Of a DNA stretch of 64,000 bases, positions 1 through 13,780 are shown piece after piece (within the stretch, counting starts at the first letter, position 1; each line of letters begins with the position of its first letter). The stretch spans positions 800,001 to 864,000 of the forward strand of contig CP186953.1 in NCBI GenBank assembly GCA_049570475.1. Direction: 5' to 3'. Source of the DNA: Candidatus Methanosuratincola verstraetei (lineage in GTDB: Archaea; Thermoproteota; Methanomethylicia; Methanomethylicales; Methanomethylicaceae). Position numbers and translations under genes: made by a program. The notes beneath the pieces are model-generated. The model saw only the letters and a program-made list of their open reading frames with translations, was not told the origin of the DNA and did not search any database.

Positions 1-157
1 GGAAAAGTTGTCCGAGTTGCATTCCTTTGTCGTCACGAAAGGAATTCCTGTTGAAGCATTTAGGCATACTGATCTGGTTGTCCCTCCTGCGGGTTCCGAC
101 CCTGGTTTTCTAAGGCTAGTCCTTGGCATTGATAAGGCCGAAAAAGGAATCTACTGA
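1..157 (+). CDS. 3' end of an unidentified gene entering from outside the window
   Basis: Frame 2 is open from the window edge (EKLSELHSFVVTKGIPVEAFRHTDLVVPP...EKGIY) to TGA at 155-157, overlapping tiaS convergently. Confidence 0.45.
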   Translation, partial: EKLSELHSFVVTKGIPVEAFRHTDLVVPPAGSDPGFLRLVLGIDKAEKGIY

Positions 158-1441
158 GACGCCTACCCAGGTCTTTTCCATCCCGTATCTTTGCAGAGGC
201 TTCGTGAGGTGGCGAACCGATCTCGGGGGAGGGAGAAAAACACCTTCTTTTACATTCCTTTCCAGCTTTTCCATTACGGGCTCCTTCGCCTCCTTGCCGC
301 ATTTTTCGCATTTATACCCCTTGTTTCTGCCCTTGGCTTTCATCCTGACCTTGCATTTTTCACAAACGGGGTTCCTGGCTATCGCTAATACCAGCTCCAG
401 GACCTCGAGTTTTTCCAAGTTGAGCGTAAGCTTTGGCGACTCCCCTTCGTGTGGGTTCACCCCGCCGTAGGCACGCACACGATCTCCTGGCAGGAGATCT
501 CTCAAAACCTTCTGGACACCTCCTGACTTTTCGTATGCTGCAATATCGATTCTTCCTGTCGCGTCGCCAAGCTCTGCTATTACGTGCCCGCCGCGGATCA
601 CTTTAGGGGCCCCTGTCAACTCCCCCTCTATAACTGCGGCCTGGTACGGTCTCAGTTCAGCCACAGATGATTTGTTTACAAAGTGGGCCTCTGTTCCTTG
701 GTTGCTACGGTAGATGACCCATCTCTCTCCGCCAGAGAACTTTAGCAGCTTTAGAGCTTGCTTGAGTACGCCTGGGCTCTCGCCCCTTACACCGAAGAGT
801 ATTGGGTCTGGACCATGTGGCGTGATCAGGACTCTGCCCGTCTCATAATCGAGGTTGTTGAAGGTGTAGGGGTATGTTTCCTTGTCCATCTCTACAACGC
901 TTTCTCGATCAACCTGCCTTGGTCTTTCCCACGTCTCTTTTTTCCTGTAGACTATCAATTCATATGTGTGGTCACCTTCGAGCGTGTTCCCTATCGCTGC
1001 AAGGGCTCCGACTAGTCCCCTTCCACCTTTAATCGTCTTGTACTTTATGCCCAACTCGCGCGCCAGGCAAATTGCATCCTCGGTAGAAATGACGTCGTAC
1101 AGCGCTCTCCTCCCAAAGCGTTTCAGCCTGTCGGGCACCTCGCCTTGTACGAGGGCAATGCCTGGTTGGTTCTTTTCGTCCTGCCGATCCCTGTTCTCCT
1201 CAACGACCTCCTCTGCCATCTCCAGAATATAATCGCAGTCCATTGGGGTCGAGATTCTCAGGCAGATTGCCGCATTCCCCCTTGACTTCCATGGGATGTT
1301 TGGGTTTAGCCGTATTAGGTTGGGGAAATCAATGAAAGTGGCTTGCGGAAGCAGCCTTTCCATGAGTAGGGCGCCGACGTAGGTCGTGCACCCTTTCTTT
1401 AGGGAATCGGTGTCGTCGATACCCAGGTGGTATGTCGGCAT
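116..1441 (-). CDS. tiaS: tRNA(Ile2) 2-agmatinylcytidine synthetase
   Basis: N-terminal GIDDTDS..GCTT, LIRLNPNIPWKSRGNAA, TPHGPDPILFGVRG, SNQGT, OB fold and C-terminal Zn ribbon. Confidence 0.95.
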   Translation of the reverse strand: MPTYHLGIDDTDSLKKGCTTYVGALLMERLLPQATFIDFPNLIRLNPNIPWKSRGNAAICLRISTPMDCDYILEMAEEVVEENRDRQDEKNQPGIALVQGEVPDRLKRFGRRALYDVISTEDAICLARELGIKYKTIKGGRGLVGALAAIGNTLEGDHTYELIVYRKKETWERPRQVDRESVVEMDKETYPYTFNNLDYETGRVLITPHGPDPILFGVRGESPGVLKQALKLLKFSGGERWVIYRSNQGTEAHFVNKSSVAELRPYQAAVIEGELTGAPKVIRGGHVIAELGDATGRIDIAAYEKSGGVQKVLRDLLPGDRVRAYGGVNPHEGESPKLTLNLEKLEVLELVLAIARNPVCEKCKVRMKAKGRNKGYKCEKCGKEAKEPVMEKLERNVKEGVFLPPPRSVRHLTKPLQRYGMEKTWVGVSVDSFFGLINAKD

Positions 1442-1454
1442 GTAGTGCTACCTT

Positions 1455-1691
1455 TCAATGGCTTTTTAAGACGACTAGAGTCATTGTGGACTGCACTTTT
1501 TTAATCTGGCGGATCCTTCCCACGACGTCCTCTTTTTCTTTATCCTTAGTCTCTTCGATTTCAGCCTTAACGAGTATATCGTAGACGCCGTACACTAGGT
1601 GGGCTTCCAAGACACCCTCCATTTTATAGAGCTGGTTGAAGACTTCCTCCTCTGCCCCGGCAGAAGTATTTATCATTATGAAGGCAATCAT
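1455..1691 (-). CDS. Lrp/AsnC ligand-binding (RAM) domain protein
   Basis: 78 aa, AFIMI...VYGVYDIL...T.TLVV pattern, no HTH. Confidence 0.85.
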   Translation of the reverse strand: MIAFIMINTSAGAEEEVFNQLYKMEGVLEAHLVYGVYDILVKAEIEETKDKEKEDVVGRIRQIKKVQSTMTLVVLKSH

Positions 1692-1758
1692 TTTCCCACA
1701 GTCAAATCAATGTTATATGCGGCTTAAGTATTTTAAATCCTGATGTGGGGCGCCTTGT

Positions 1759-2301
1759 TTGCCAAGGATATACATTTACCATAAACGCGAGTGCGATGTG
1801 AAAAAATGTACAGCGCTTAAACTGGGGAAGTTGCGCCTCGCTGAGATCGTATACAACATCCGCGGAATACCTCGCGGCAGCCTGTTGCTTTATCCATTTT
1901 GCGAGAACGTACTCTCGCCAGGCGACAAAGAAATCGTATCCAGGGGAGCTCTCGCAGCGATAGACTGCTCTTGGAACCAGTTCCAATCAGAACGGATCCC
2001 GCGCAGCCTGGCTCAAAGAAAGCTTCCATTCTTGCTGGCAGCCAACCCAGTCAACTACTCTGTCCCTTACCGGCTGAGTACCCTTGAGGCTCTGGCTGCG
2101 GCCCTATACATAATGGGTTTCGCTGAAGATTCCTCTTTACTGCTGTCGAAGGCGAAGTGGGGTGCTGCCTTCTTAACTCTGAACGCCGAGCCTCTCTCTC
2201 TATACTCAAAAGCAAAGTCCCAGGAAGAAATTAGGGAAATCGAGAGAGAGTACCTGTCGCTTTATGGGGTAACCAACATGAAGGAAAGAGTTAGACAATA
2301 G
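1759..2301 (+). CDS. tsr3: 16S rRNA aminocarboxypropyltransferase Tsr3 (DUF367)
   Basis: ECDVKKCTALKL, IDCSW, RKLPFLLAANPVNY, LSTLEALAAAL, KWG..FL.LN. Confidence 0.93.
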   Translation: MPRIYIYHKRECDVKKCTALKLGKLRLAEIVYNIRGIPRGSLLLYPFCENVLSPGDKEIVSRGALAAIDCSWNQFQSERIPRSLAQRKLPFLLAANPVNYSVPYRLSTLEALAAALYIMGFAEDSSLLLSKAKWGAAFLTLNAEPLSLYSKAKSQEEIREIEREYLSLYGVTNMKERVRQ

Positions 2302-2373
2302 TCGAATTTTATTTCGTTTAATGCCTTGGAATAGGATTAAATACTTCGACAGTGAACTATTATACGACACAAA

Positions 2374-2508
2374 ATGGCTTTAGTCTTGAAAAGAAAAATC
2401 CCCAAAATCAGGAGAACTGGCCCCAGGCGGTCTAGGGTAGATGGGAAAATATCGAAAAGACTAAAGCATGTTTGGGACTCTCCAGAATCTTATGAACCGC
2501 AGATATGA
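2374..2508 (+). CDS. Putative 44-aa basic small protein (below the ORF-track cutoff)
   Basis: MALVLKRKIPKIRRTGPRRSRVDGKISKRLKHVWDSPESYEPQI; TATA-like ATTAAATA at 2336-2343; fills the gap between tsr3 and the convergent S-component gene. Confidence 0.5.
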   Translation: MALVLKRKIPKIRRTGPRRSRVDGKISKRLKHVWDSPESYEPQI

Positions 2509-2513
2509 GCTTT

Positions 2514-3200
2514 TCATGTGCTCAATTTAGCCACTCTTCTGACCCCAACAATCAGTGGCACTCCAATTATTGTTGAAGCCAGTGAAATAAATAGCCTTTC
2601 AGGCAAAGTTATCGCAAGCATAGGCACAAAGAAATAAGGGCTTGGGTTGTACACTGCTACAAAAATCAAATTCCCGAGCATATTGCCTGTCATTGTGGAG
2701 ATGAAGCTAACAAGAAATACCCCCGGCGCCATTTCCATCTTGCCGCTCCTGAGTGATTTGTTGAGTTTGCCCCCTACTCCAAATGCTATTGCTGCTGCTG
2801 CGACGTGTGGCAACGCAAAATAGGGTGCATTATGTGCTTGCTGTGTGGTGCTCCAAATGGCAATCATTACAGTCAAAATTAGCCCCGAGATGGTCCAGCC
2901 AGGGATCTTCCCGGCCTTCCCTTTGTAGATTAGTGCGGCGCTCAATGTCGATGCTAGCGCAAGAGGCGTGAAAAGTAGGCTTCCGCTCTCCCCGCTCAGT
3001 ATTTTTCCCAGGATCGCCCCTAGGAAAGCAGCCAAAGGGCCGAAATAAGTGCCCATCATGATCCCATAAATCGGCTCCAGGCTCCTTGCTAGATCTATCT
3101 CGGATCCTGGCGCACCAATTACTGGAAATCCTGGCAAGAGCGTCACTACTGCATAAACAGCTGCCATCAGTCCCACGATTGAGATCGTTCGCGCTTCCAT
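2514..3200 (-). CDS. ECF transporter S component, substrate unknown
   Basis: Six-TM hydrophobic protein, MAAVYAV...PIYGIMMGTYFGPLAAFLG, C-terminal PERL; ATG at 3200 chosen as start. Confidence 0.75.
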   Translation of the reverse strand: MEARTISIVGLMAAVYAVVTLLPGFPVIGAPGSEIDLARSLEPIYGIMMGTYFGPLAAFLGAILGKILSGESGSLLFTPLALASTLSAALIYKGKAGKIPGWTISGLILTVMIAIWSTTQQAHNAPYFALPHVAAAAIAFGVGGKLNKSLRSGKMEMAPGVFLVSFISTMTGNMLGNLIFVAVYNPSPYFFVPMLAITLPERLFISLASTIIGVPLIVGVRRVAKLST

Positions 3201-3272
3201 GAGAGGTAAAAAATCTGACTTTTTAATATGCTTTCGTATATGCATGTTGACTTTTGTTTTTGACAAACTTCG

Positions 3273-3494
3273 TTATTTCTTTTTAAGCTCGTTGGTCGTG
3301 CATTCAGACTTCCGATTGAGTATGTATGATGCAAATGCCATCAATATTATGCCCAGTGCCTAGATCTCGAAAAGGCAGTTCTCGCCTAAGTAATTGTCAA
3401 GAATGGTCCAGACGCTATGTAAAATCAAAATCGAGGAAAATAGAATTATGCCCTCTGCTATACCAAATTATTTAACTTTGTCTGTCGACTTCAT
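3273..3494 (-). pseudogene. Probable pseudogene of a small two-TM membrane protein
   Basis: One frame reads MKSTDKVK*FGIAEGIILFSSILILHSVWTILDNYLGENCLFEI*ALGIILMAFASYILNRKSECTTNELKKK*, with internal TAA (3468-3470) and TAG (3360-3362). Confidence 0.5.
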
Positions 3495-3639
3495 CTTGGT
3501 TTTATTTTTCATTCAATACCTTAAAATAATTGTACATAAATATTGATAATCTTTATTTATTAGCGTTTATTAAAATAAAAAATGACATAGCTTGAATGAA
3601 AATGCACCCTATTGATTTCAAAAATAACTGCCTTGGGAT

Positions 3640-3941
3640 GGGGCGTGTTGGCCGTAACCCACCTTCTGTTTTAGGCGACATTCGACTATGCAGGCTACCC
3701 GGGTCTCGTGTGGGCCTCATGGACCTCTATTTGCCCTTGCTCCCCGCGGATTGGCCGTTTCAACGTGACCGGAAGCATTCTCGACGGCTAGAGCCAAGTC
3801 ATTGACATCCGCTTCCGGGCGTCTCGTTTCTGCTCCAAGAGCAGGGGTCTCCCCCTATGCCTCACGGCATCGCGGTTCCACATGGAGGGTGGAGTTTCCT
3901 CAGACCCAGAAGGGTCCGTCAGTCGCCCGCCAACTCGCCCC
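3640..3941 (-). ncRNA. rnpB: RNase P RNA (archaeal)
   Basis: P4 signatures GAGGAAACUCCACCC and AACAGAAGGUGGGUUA; terminal P1 GGGGCGAGUUGGC/GCCAACACGCCCC; ~300 nt. Confidence 0.95.
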
Positions 3942-4034
3942 AAAGCTTGCTTACGCAGCGTGCGATAAATCTTTTCCTTCATTTTATTCCGTTCCGACCA
4001 TGTTTCTTAGTTCCATATGTAACAAAATCCTTAA

Positions 4035-4062
4035 GTATTACACATTTTAACAAAAATAACAC
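4035..4062 (+). promoter_or_regulatory. Putative NikR operator overlapping the nikM promoter
   Basis: GTATTA-N16-TAACAC has the half-site and spacing architecture of the NikR box GTATGA-N16-TCATAC; overlaps TATA-like TTAAGTA and ends 7 bp before the ATG. Confidence 0.6.
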
Positions 4063-4069
4063 GATTAAT

Positions 4070-4753
4070 ATGCACATACCTGATGGATTCCTATCTTTAC
4101 CGATAATAGTGATTACTTATGTTTTCGCAATTTCCGTTTTAGCAATTTCTTTCAGAAAGGTTAAAGGGAATGTGGACGATCGCCTCGTCCCACTAATGGC
4201 GCTGCTGACAGCACTGTTTTTTGCCGTCCAGATGGTTAACTACCCTATAATTGGCGGCACTACTGCGCACCTGCTGGGAGCACCCGCCTTGGGCATTCTC
4301 TTGGGTCCTTGGCTCGGAAGCATATCAATGGCAATTATACTTGTGCTGCAGTGTTTCCTCTTCGCGGATGGCGGGGTCACTGCCCTTGGGGCAAACATAC
4401 TGAACATGGCCATAATAGGGGTGATGGTCCCATATGCCGTCTACTTGCTCGTCTCCAAAAAAGGAGGAAGGGGCGCAGTTAGTTTCGGGATATTCTTCGG
4501 TGCGTTCCTTGGCGATGTGCTGGGCGCAGTGGCGGCAGGCCTTGAGCTGGGTCTTTCAGCCCCAATTTTCCAGTATGGTGTATCTATCGCTGTCCCTGCG
4601 ATGGGCATCCATCATTCGGTGATCGGTCTTGCTGAAGGGTTCGTAACCCTCGTTGTCGTATACAGCACGATAAAGATCAGGCCTTCAATACTGACTCTTA
4701 ATAGAGGTCTTTCAGTTCTGATTCCATCTGCTGGTGGTGTAATGAATGAGTGA
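4070..4753 (+). CDS. nikM: Ni/Co ECF transporter substrate-binding component (NikM/CbiM)
   Basis: Metal-binding N-terminus MHIPDGFL at ATG 4070 (the upstream ORF extension is spurious); GGTTAHLLG, ADGGVTALGAN, HSVIGLAEG. Confidence 0.92.
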   Translation: MHIPDGFLSLPIIVITYVFAISVLAISFRKVKGNVDDRLVPLMALLTALFFAVQMVNYPIIGGTTAHLLGAPALGILLGPWLGSISMAIILVLQCFLFADGGVTALGANILNMAIIGVMVPYAVYLLVSKKGGRGAVSFGIFFGAFLGDVLGAVAAGLELGLSAPIFQYGVSIAVPAMGIHHSVIGLAEGFVTLVVVYSTIKIRPSILTLNRGLSVLIPSAGGVMNE

Positions 4754-5090
4754 GAACTCCATTGAAAATCTGGACAAAAGCAAATTGGACCATCCTAACA
4801 AAAAATGGCTGTTGACTGGGATGGTGGTGGCTGCCGTGTTGGTTGCGATGGGCACTTTCGTTTTCTCAGAGTCAATTGAGACTCTTGACGTCAAGGCAGA
4901 GGAGCTGGGATTCGAAGGCTTCTCATTGCTTCCTGCTCCATTCCCAGAGTATGCCATACCTGGTCTCGAAGATCCTCTGGTAAACTTCTTGCTAGGATTT
5001 GTCTCTGTTCTATTGGTCTTAATCGCAGCTTTCGGAGTCTACAAAATCCTCTCATCACCGCATAATTTAAAGGGTGTATCTACATCTTGA
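4746..5090 (+). CDS. nikN: PDGLE-domain NikN-like membrane component
   Basis: Two TM segments flanking ETLDVKAEELG...APFPEYAIPG; position in the operon. Confidence 0.75.
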   Translation: MSENSIENLDKSKLDHPNKKWLLTGMVVAAVLVAMGTFVFSESIETLDVKAEELGFEGFSLLPAPFPEYAIPGLEDPLVNFLLGFVSVLLVLIAAFGVYKILSSPHNLKGVSTS

Positions 5091-5908
5091 AGTACGCTCC
5101 GATCTCCGTGAGGGGTCTGCTTTCTGGGCTTGAGTATTTGCTCTACGTCGAGGAGAGCAATTCGCATCCCGGGATCCTCCACAGGATCGACCCGCTGACA
5201 AGGAACATTTCGCTCATCCTGATTATCTTCGCTTCTCTGCTAACACATTCGATCCTTGCGCTTTCGCTGATGTTGCTACTGGTAGGCGCCTTGGTCCTTA
5301 TTTCTGGAGTGAGTATAAGGAATTACCTTCTCAAGACTTCGTTAATACCTTTGTTCTCATTAATCATTGTCATACCGATCCCGTTAATCACCCCAGGGAC
5401 GTCTCTTTGGTCTGCGAGTTTAGGGTCTTTGTTGTTGACTGTAAGTTATGAGGGGGTGCTGAGAGTTGCTGAGTTCGTACTGAGGGTGTGGTTATGTGTG
5501 GGTGTGGCGGTTCTGATCACCATGGTCGGGGGCATAAACGGTTTGCTCTCGTTTTTGGGTGCCATTCGGCTGCCTGGCTTGTTTACACAAACGCTGGCGC
5601 TAACATACCGATACATCTTCCTCTCCATAGACGAGTCCATGCGAATGCTTCTGGCTAGGGACGCAAGGACCTTCAAAAAGCGGAATCGTCTTAGTTTGGA
5701 GGATCTCAGAGGGATCTCTGGGGTCATAACCGCCCTGCTAGTTAGGGTTCATGAACGTTCCGATCGGGTCTATCTTGCAATGCGTGCCAGGGGCTTTTCA
5801 ACCTCATCCAGGGCAAGCCCATGCAGATGGAGACCAAACTTTTCAGACATAGCTTTTTTAGCACTGCTTTCCTCTCTTCTACTGCTAATCCTTACTATTC
5901 GGGTGTAA
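5087..5908 (+). CDS. nikQ: ECF transmembrane T component (NikQ/CbiQ)
   Basis: LHRIDP, LTYRYIF, ARDAR and AMRARGF motifs. Confidence 0.9.
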   Translation: MKYAPISVRGLLSGLEYLLYVEESNSHPGILHRIDPLTRNISLILIIFASLLTHSILALSLMLLLVGALVLISGVSIRNYLLKTSLIPLFSLIIVIPIPLITPGTSLWSASLGSLLLTVSYEGVLRVAEFVLRVWLCVGVAVLITMVGGINGLLSFLGAIRLPGLFTQTLALTYRYIFLSIDESMRMLLARDARTFKKRNRLSLEDLRGISGVITALLVRVHERSDRVYLAMRARGFSTSSRASPCRWRPNFSDIAFLALLSSLLLLILTIRV

Positions 5909-5911
5909 TGC

Positions 5912-6760
5912 TTGCAAGAAACTATCGTCAATGTTGAAGGGGTCAACTACAGATATTCTGCAAACCTAGAGGCGATCAGGGACGTTTCCTTCAAAGTCAA
6001 GAAAGGAGAGCGCGTCGGGATCCTTGGTCCTAATGGAGCCGGCAAGTCCACACTCGCAATGCTCCTCGCTGGTCTGTTTGTTCCGGCTTCTGGTGATGTG
6101 CAAGTCTTCGGCGTCTCGACAAGATCAAAAGAGTTTGAGCGCCTGAGATCGAAGATCGGCATAGTGTTCCAGGATCCAGAAGATCAACTATTCAACAATA
6201 CGGTGCTAGAGGACGTTTCATATTCACTCAGGAATCTTGGGGTCGACAAGGACTCAGCAAACAGGCGTTCCCTGGAAACCCTTGAGATGCTCGGGGTTTC
6301 CCACTTGAAGAATCGCTCTCCCTACCGCCTCAGCTACGGCGAGAAAAAGCGCGTCTCCTTAGCGACTGCGCTGGTGAACTCCCCTGATTTGCTCATACTT
6401 GACGAGCCGACAGCCAACCTCGACCTAAAATCGAGGAGAGGCCTTGTCCAACTCATCACGCTCTTGAACAAACAGGGTATGACCATTATAGTTTCCACGC
6501 ATGATGTCGAGGCGCTCCCTGAGCTTGTTGAAAGGGTCTTGATAATTGAAAATGGAAAAGTGATCTCAGAGGGACCTGTCAAGTCGATAATAACCAATGA
6601 GCCGCTCCTGAGCAAGGCCTCACTGGAGCCTCCTGCGATCTCGCGCCTATTCATGAAGCTGAAGGCAAGGGGTTTGGTCGATGAGATCCCATCCAGCCTC
6701 GAAGAGGCTTTTTTGATTTTGGAAAAAGCACTCTCGAAGAAAAACGGATCTTGCACTTAA
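5912..6760 (+). CDS. nikO: ECF ATPase (NikO/CbiO)
   Basis: Walker A GPNGAGKST, FQDPEDQLF, LSYGEKKR, LDEPT, THD. Confidence 0.92.
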   Translation: MQETIVNVEGVNYRYSANLEAIRDVSFKVKKGERVGILGPNGAGKSTLAMLLAGLFVPASGDVQVFGVSTRSKEFERLRSKIGIVFQDPEDQLFNNTVLEDVSYSLRNLGVDKDSANRRSLETLEMLGVSHLKNRSPYRLSYGEKKRVSLATALVNSPDLLILDEPTANLDLKSRRGLVQLITLLNKQGMTIIVSTHDVEALPELVERVLIIENGKVISEGPVKSIITNEPLLSKASLEPPAISRLFMKLKARGLVDEIPSSLEEAFLILEKALSKKNGSCT

Positions 6761-6815
6761 AATAAGTTTCTCATATAAAACATTAAAAAATTATATTTTA
6801 ATGATAGAAACCTGA

Positions 6816-8342
6816 TTAACCGTAAATGGTCCTGTATTTGCCTTCGAGATAGTCTGCAAAATGGTTCGGGTTTATGCTTTCACCGGTTACCTTCACTAGG
6901 AGCTCCATGGGGTCGTAGAGGTTTCCTGCCCTGTGGATGTTTTTGGTCAACCATTGCCTTGTTGGCTCGAAGTTGCCCTTCTCTATCTCCGTCCAGCAGT
7001 CCTCCACCTCTTTCTCGAGTTTGTTTAGTATTTGAGCACAGTAGATATTGCCTAGGGCATACGATGGGAAGTACCCGAAGTATCCGTGTGCCCAATGGAC
7101 ATCCTGGAGGACTCCTTCGGCATCATTTTGGATCTCTACGCCTAGGTACTTCGAGTATTTTTCGTTCCAGACCTGGGGGAGATCTTTAACGTCCACTTTC
7201 CCTGAGAACAATGCACTCTCGATCTCGAACCTTGTTATTATGTGGAGCGCATAGGTGGCTTCATCAGCCTCAATACGGATCTTCGATGGCTTGACGCTGT
7301 TTACTGCTCTAAGCGCCTCCGCCATGTCGATGTCTGAAAACTGCCCTGAAGTCAACTTGTTTATTATTGGGAGGAAGTATGTCCAGAAATACTTGGATCT
7401 TCCTACCACGTTCTCCACAAATCGAGACTGCGATTCATGGAAGCCGAATGAGCAGGCCGTGCCGACGGGCTGGTACTTCCAGCTTGGATCCAAGTTCAGC
7501 TCGTACAGCGCATGCCCCCCTTCGTGGAGCACCGAGAAAAGTGAGGACATGAAGTTGTCTTCATAATAGTGGGTCGTTATCCTAACATCGTCGTAATATC
7601 CAATGGTGAAAGGATGCTCAGTAGGGTCGATCCTCCCCCTGGCGCTATTTCCGCTAATGTCGTAGTTTATGAATTCAGCCACTTTTTTCGCGATCTCGAC
7701 TTGCATGTTCTGTGGCACAGGCCTTTTCAACCAATCCGCGTTCGGCTGGGAAGATGAATACTTTGATATTATCGGTATGAGCCTGCTTTTCAATTGGTCA
7801 AAAGTGTTTCTGATTGCTTCCTCAGAGACTTTGGGTTCGAAGAAGTCGACAAGCGCGTCATAAAGAGTCTTTACACCCTTCACTTCCGATAGTATCTCTG
7901 CGGCCTGTTTTTTCAGCTCAAACATCTTATTGAGCTCTGGCTCAAAGATCTTAAAGTCCTTGGCGGTCTTTGCATCCCTCCATTGCTTATAGCAGGCTAT
8001 GGCCTGCCTTTCTGTCTCCGTTACCAACTCTTCTGGGAGCCTTGTATTTTCGTCATATTGCTTCCTTATCAGGTACACGTTTCGCTTCTGAACTTGGTCT
8101 AGGGATTCATATCCTTGGCTTTTCTCTATCTTATCCAATAGTTCGCCTATCTCCCTGTCTGTGATCATGCTGTGCTCTATCTTAGAAAGTAGTGCCAACT
8201 GCTGTCCGCGTAGATCAAATGCGCATGGGGGCATCATTGTCTCCGTGTCCCATTGGAGAACCCCCTTTGCAGAAGCCAGAACCGCCAGATCCCTGTACTT
8301 CAAAAGAAGTCTTTCATAAGCTTCCAATACAGACATTCCCAT
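6816..8342 (-). CDS. Carboxypeptidase M32 (carboxypeptidase Taq/Pfu family)
   Basis: EHPF, DVRITT, HEGGH, HESQS, IRIEADE, QDVHW, GYFPSYALG; true start near 8336-8342 because the longer ORF runs into the rRNA trailer. Confidence 0.95.
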   Translation of the reverse strand: MGMSVLEAYERLLLKYRDLAVLASAKGVLQWDTETMMPPCAFDLRGQQLALLSKIEHSMITDREIGELLDKIEKSQGYESLDQVQKRNVYLIRKQYDENTRLPEELVTETERQAIACYKQWRDAKTAKDFKIFEPELNKMFELKKQAAEILSEVKGVKTLYDALVDFFEPKVSEEAIRNTFDQLKSRLIPIISKYSSSQPNADWLKRPVPQNMQVEIAKKVAEFINYDISGNSARGRIDPTEHPFTIGYYDDVRITTHYYEDNFMSSLFSVLHEGGHALYELNLDPSWKYQPVGTACSFGFHESQSRFVENVVGRSKYFWTYFLPIINKLTSGQFSDIDMAEALRAVNSVKPSKIRIEADEATYALHIITRFEIESALFSGKVDVKDLPQVWNEKYSKYLGVEIQNDAEGVLQDVHWAHGYFGYFPSYALGNIYCAQILNKLEKEVEDCWTEIEKGNFEPTRQWLTKNIHRAGNLYDPMELLVKVTGESINPNHFADYLEGKYRTIYG

Positions 8343-8556
8343 AAATCCAATCCACTTCCGCTTAATTTCTGCTTCTATTATTTTAGTGCGAGTTTTAATA
8401 TATGCTGAGGGTCCGATCTCTAAAACAAGCCGCTTTATTTCTGTCAGCCGCCGGATCAGTAAATTAAAACTTTGGCAAATAAACAAAAATAAGATTAGAA
8501 AATATTGGCTCACCACACACAGGTTCCAGTTTTCCAGTTTCACCCAGGTTTAGCAG

Positions 8557-11637
<3,081 letters not shown>

Positions 11638-11818
11638 TTTCTACTAAACCTAGTCTGGTGCCGGAAACACTGGAACCTATGCATGGCGTTCATCGTAAGT
11701 CCGGTGCCCTCGCACCTTTCCTACTACGCCCTTCACTATGGAGTTTCCTCCATAGTTGCATCTATGATTTGGACTCGACATTACTTTCATGTATGGTTGG
11801 GGTTAGCGGGTCTTTCTT

Positions 11819-13316
<1,498 letters not shown>

Positions 13317-13436
13317 TAACGTCCGCAAGGCCCGTTATTACCCCAACCATATTTCATGGTTGTTTGTCGAGTCCATTGTAAGACCTAAATCGTCCCAGCG
13401 GCGTTGGCACGCTGGCGTTATTCAGGTCCCCATCAC

Positions 13437-13519
13437 TATAACCGCGACCGGAGAGCGATCAATCACCCCTCGGGCTGGGCCCGTCAGGTCATGATCAGCG
13501 CCGCCGATAGGTCGCGGTT
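13437..13519 (-). ncRNA. H/ACA-like K-turn hairpin in the pre-rRNA 5' external spacer
   Basis: 10-bp stem AACCGCGACC/GGUCGCGGUU followed by AUA, internal loop, GAUCA/UGAUC stem, U-U pair, tandem GA and 3-nt GGU bulge (K-turn). Confidence 0.5.
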
Positions 13520-13560
13520 GACGTTGATCACAGTTCGTGCACCCACCTACTTACCACGCC

Positions 13561-13570
13561 TAAATATATT
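13561..13570 (-). promoter_or_regulatory. TATA box of the rRNA operon promoter
   Basis: AATATATTTA on the minus strand directly upstream of the GC-rich structured leader. Confidence 0.55.
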
Positions 13571-13780
13571 TGTTGCGCCTTGAACTTTCAATAGCTCGTT
13601 GTTTCTTCAAGCAGTATTGTTGTCATTGGCATTGTCTATTGCTTACATTTTGATCCCACAATAAATGCCGTCTCTAAATAAAAAACATCATCAGACCCAC
13701 TTTTATGGAAATATCGTGATAGCAAAATGCGAATAAACAGCGCTAGTATAGATAGCTTTGTAGCTGGAATGGTGGAATAT

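Noticed and set aside
3596-4069. Short ORFs and the 71-aa N-terminal extension of nikM
   Set aside because: They overlap RNase P RNA and its promoter; NikM starts at the conserved MHIPDG
11638-11818. Possible tRNA in the 16S-23S spacer
   Set aside because: Only processing stems and short hairpins, no cloverleaf; typical for TACK
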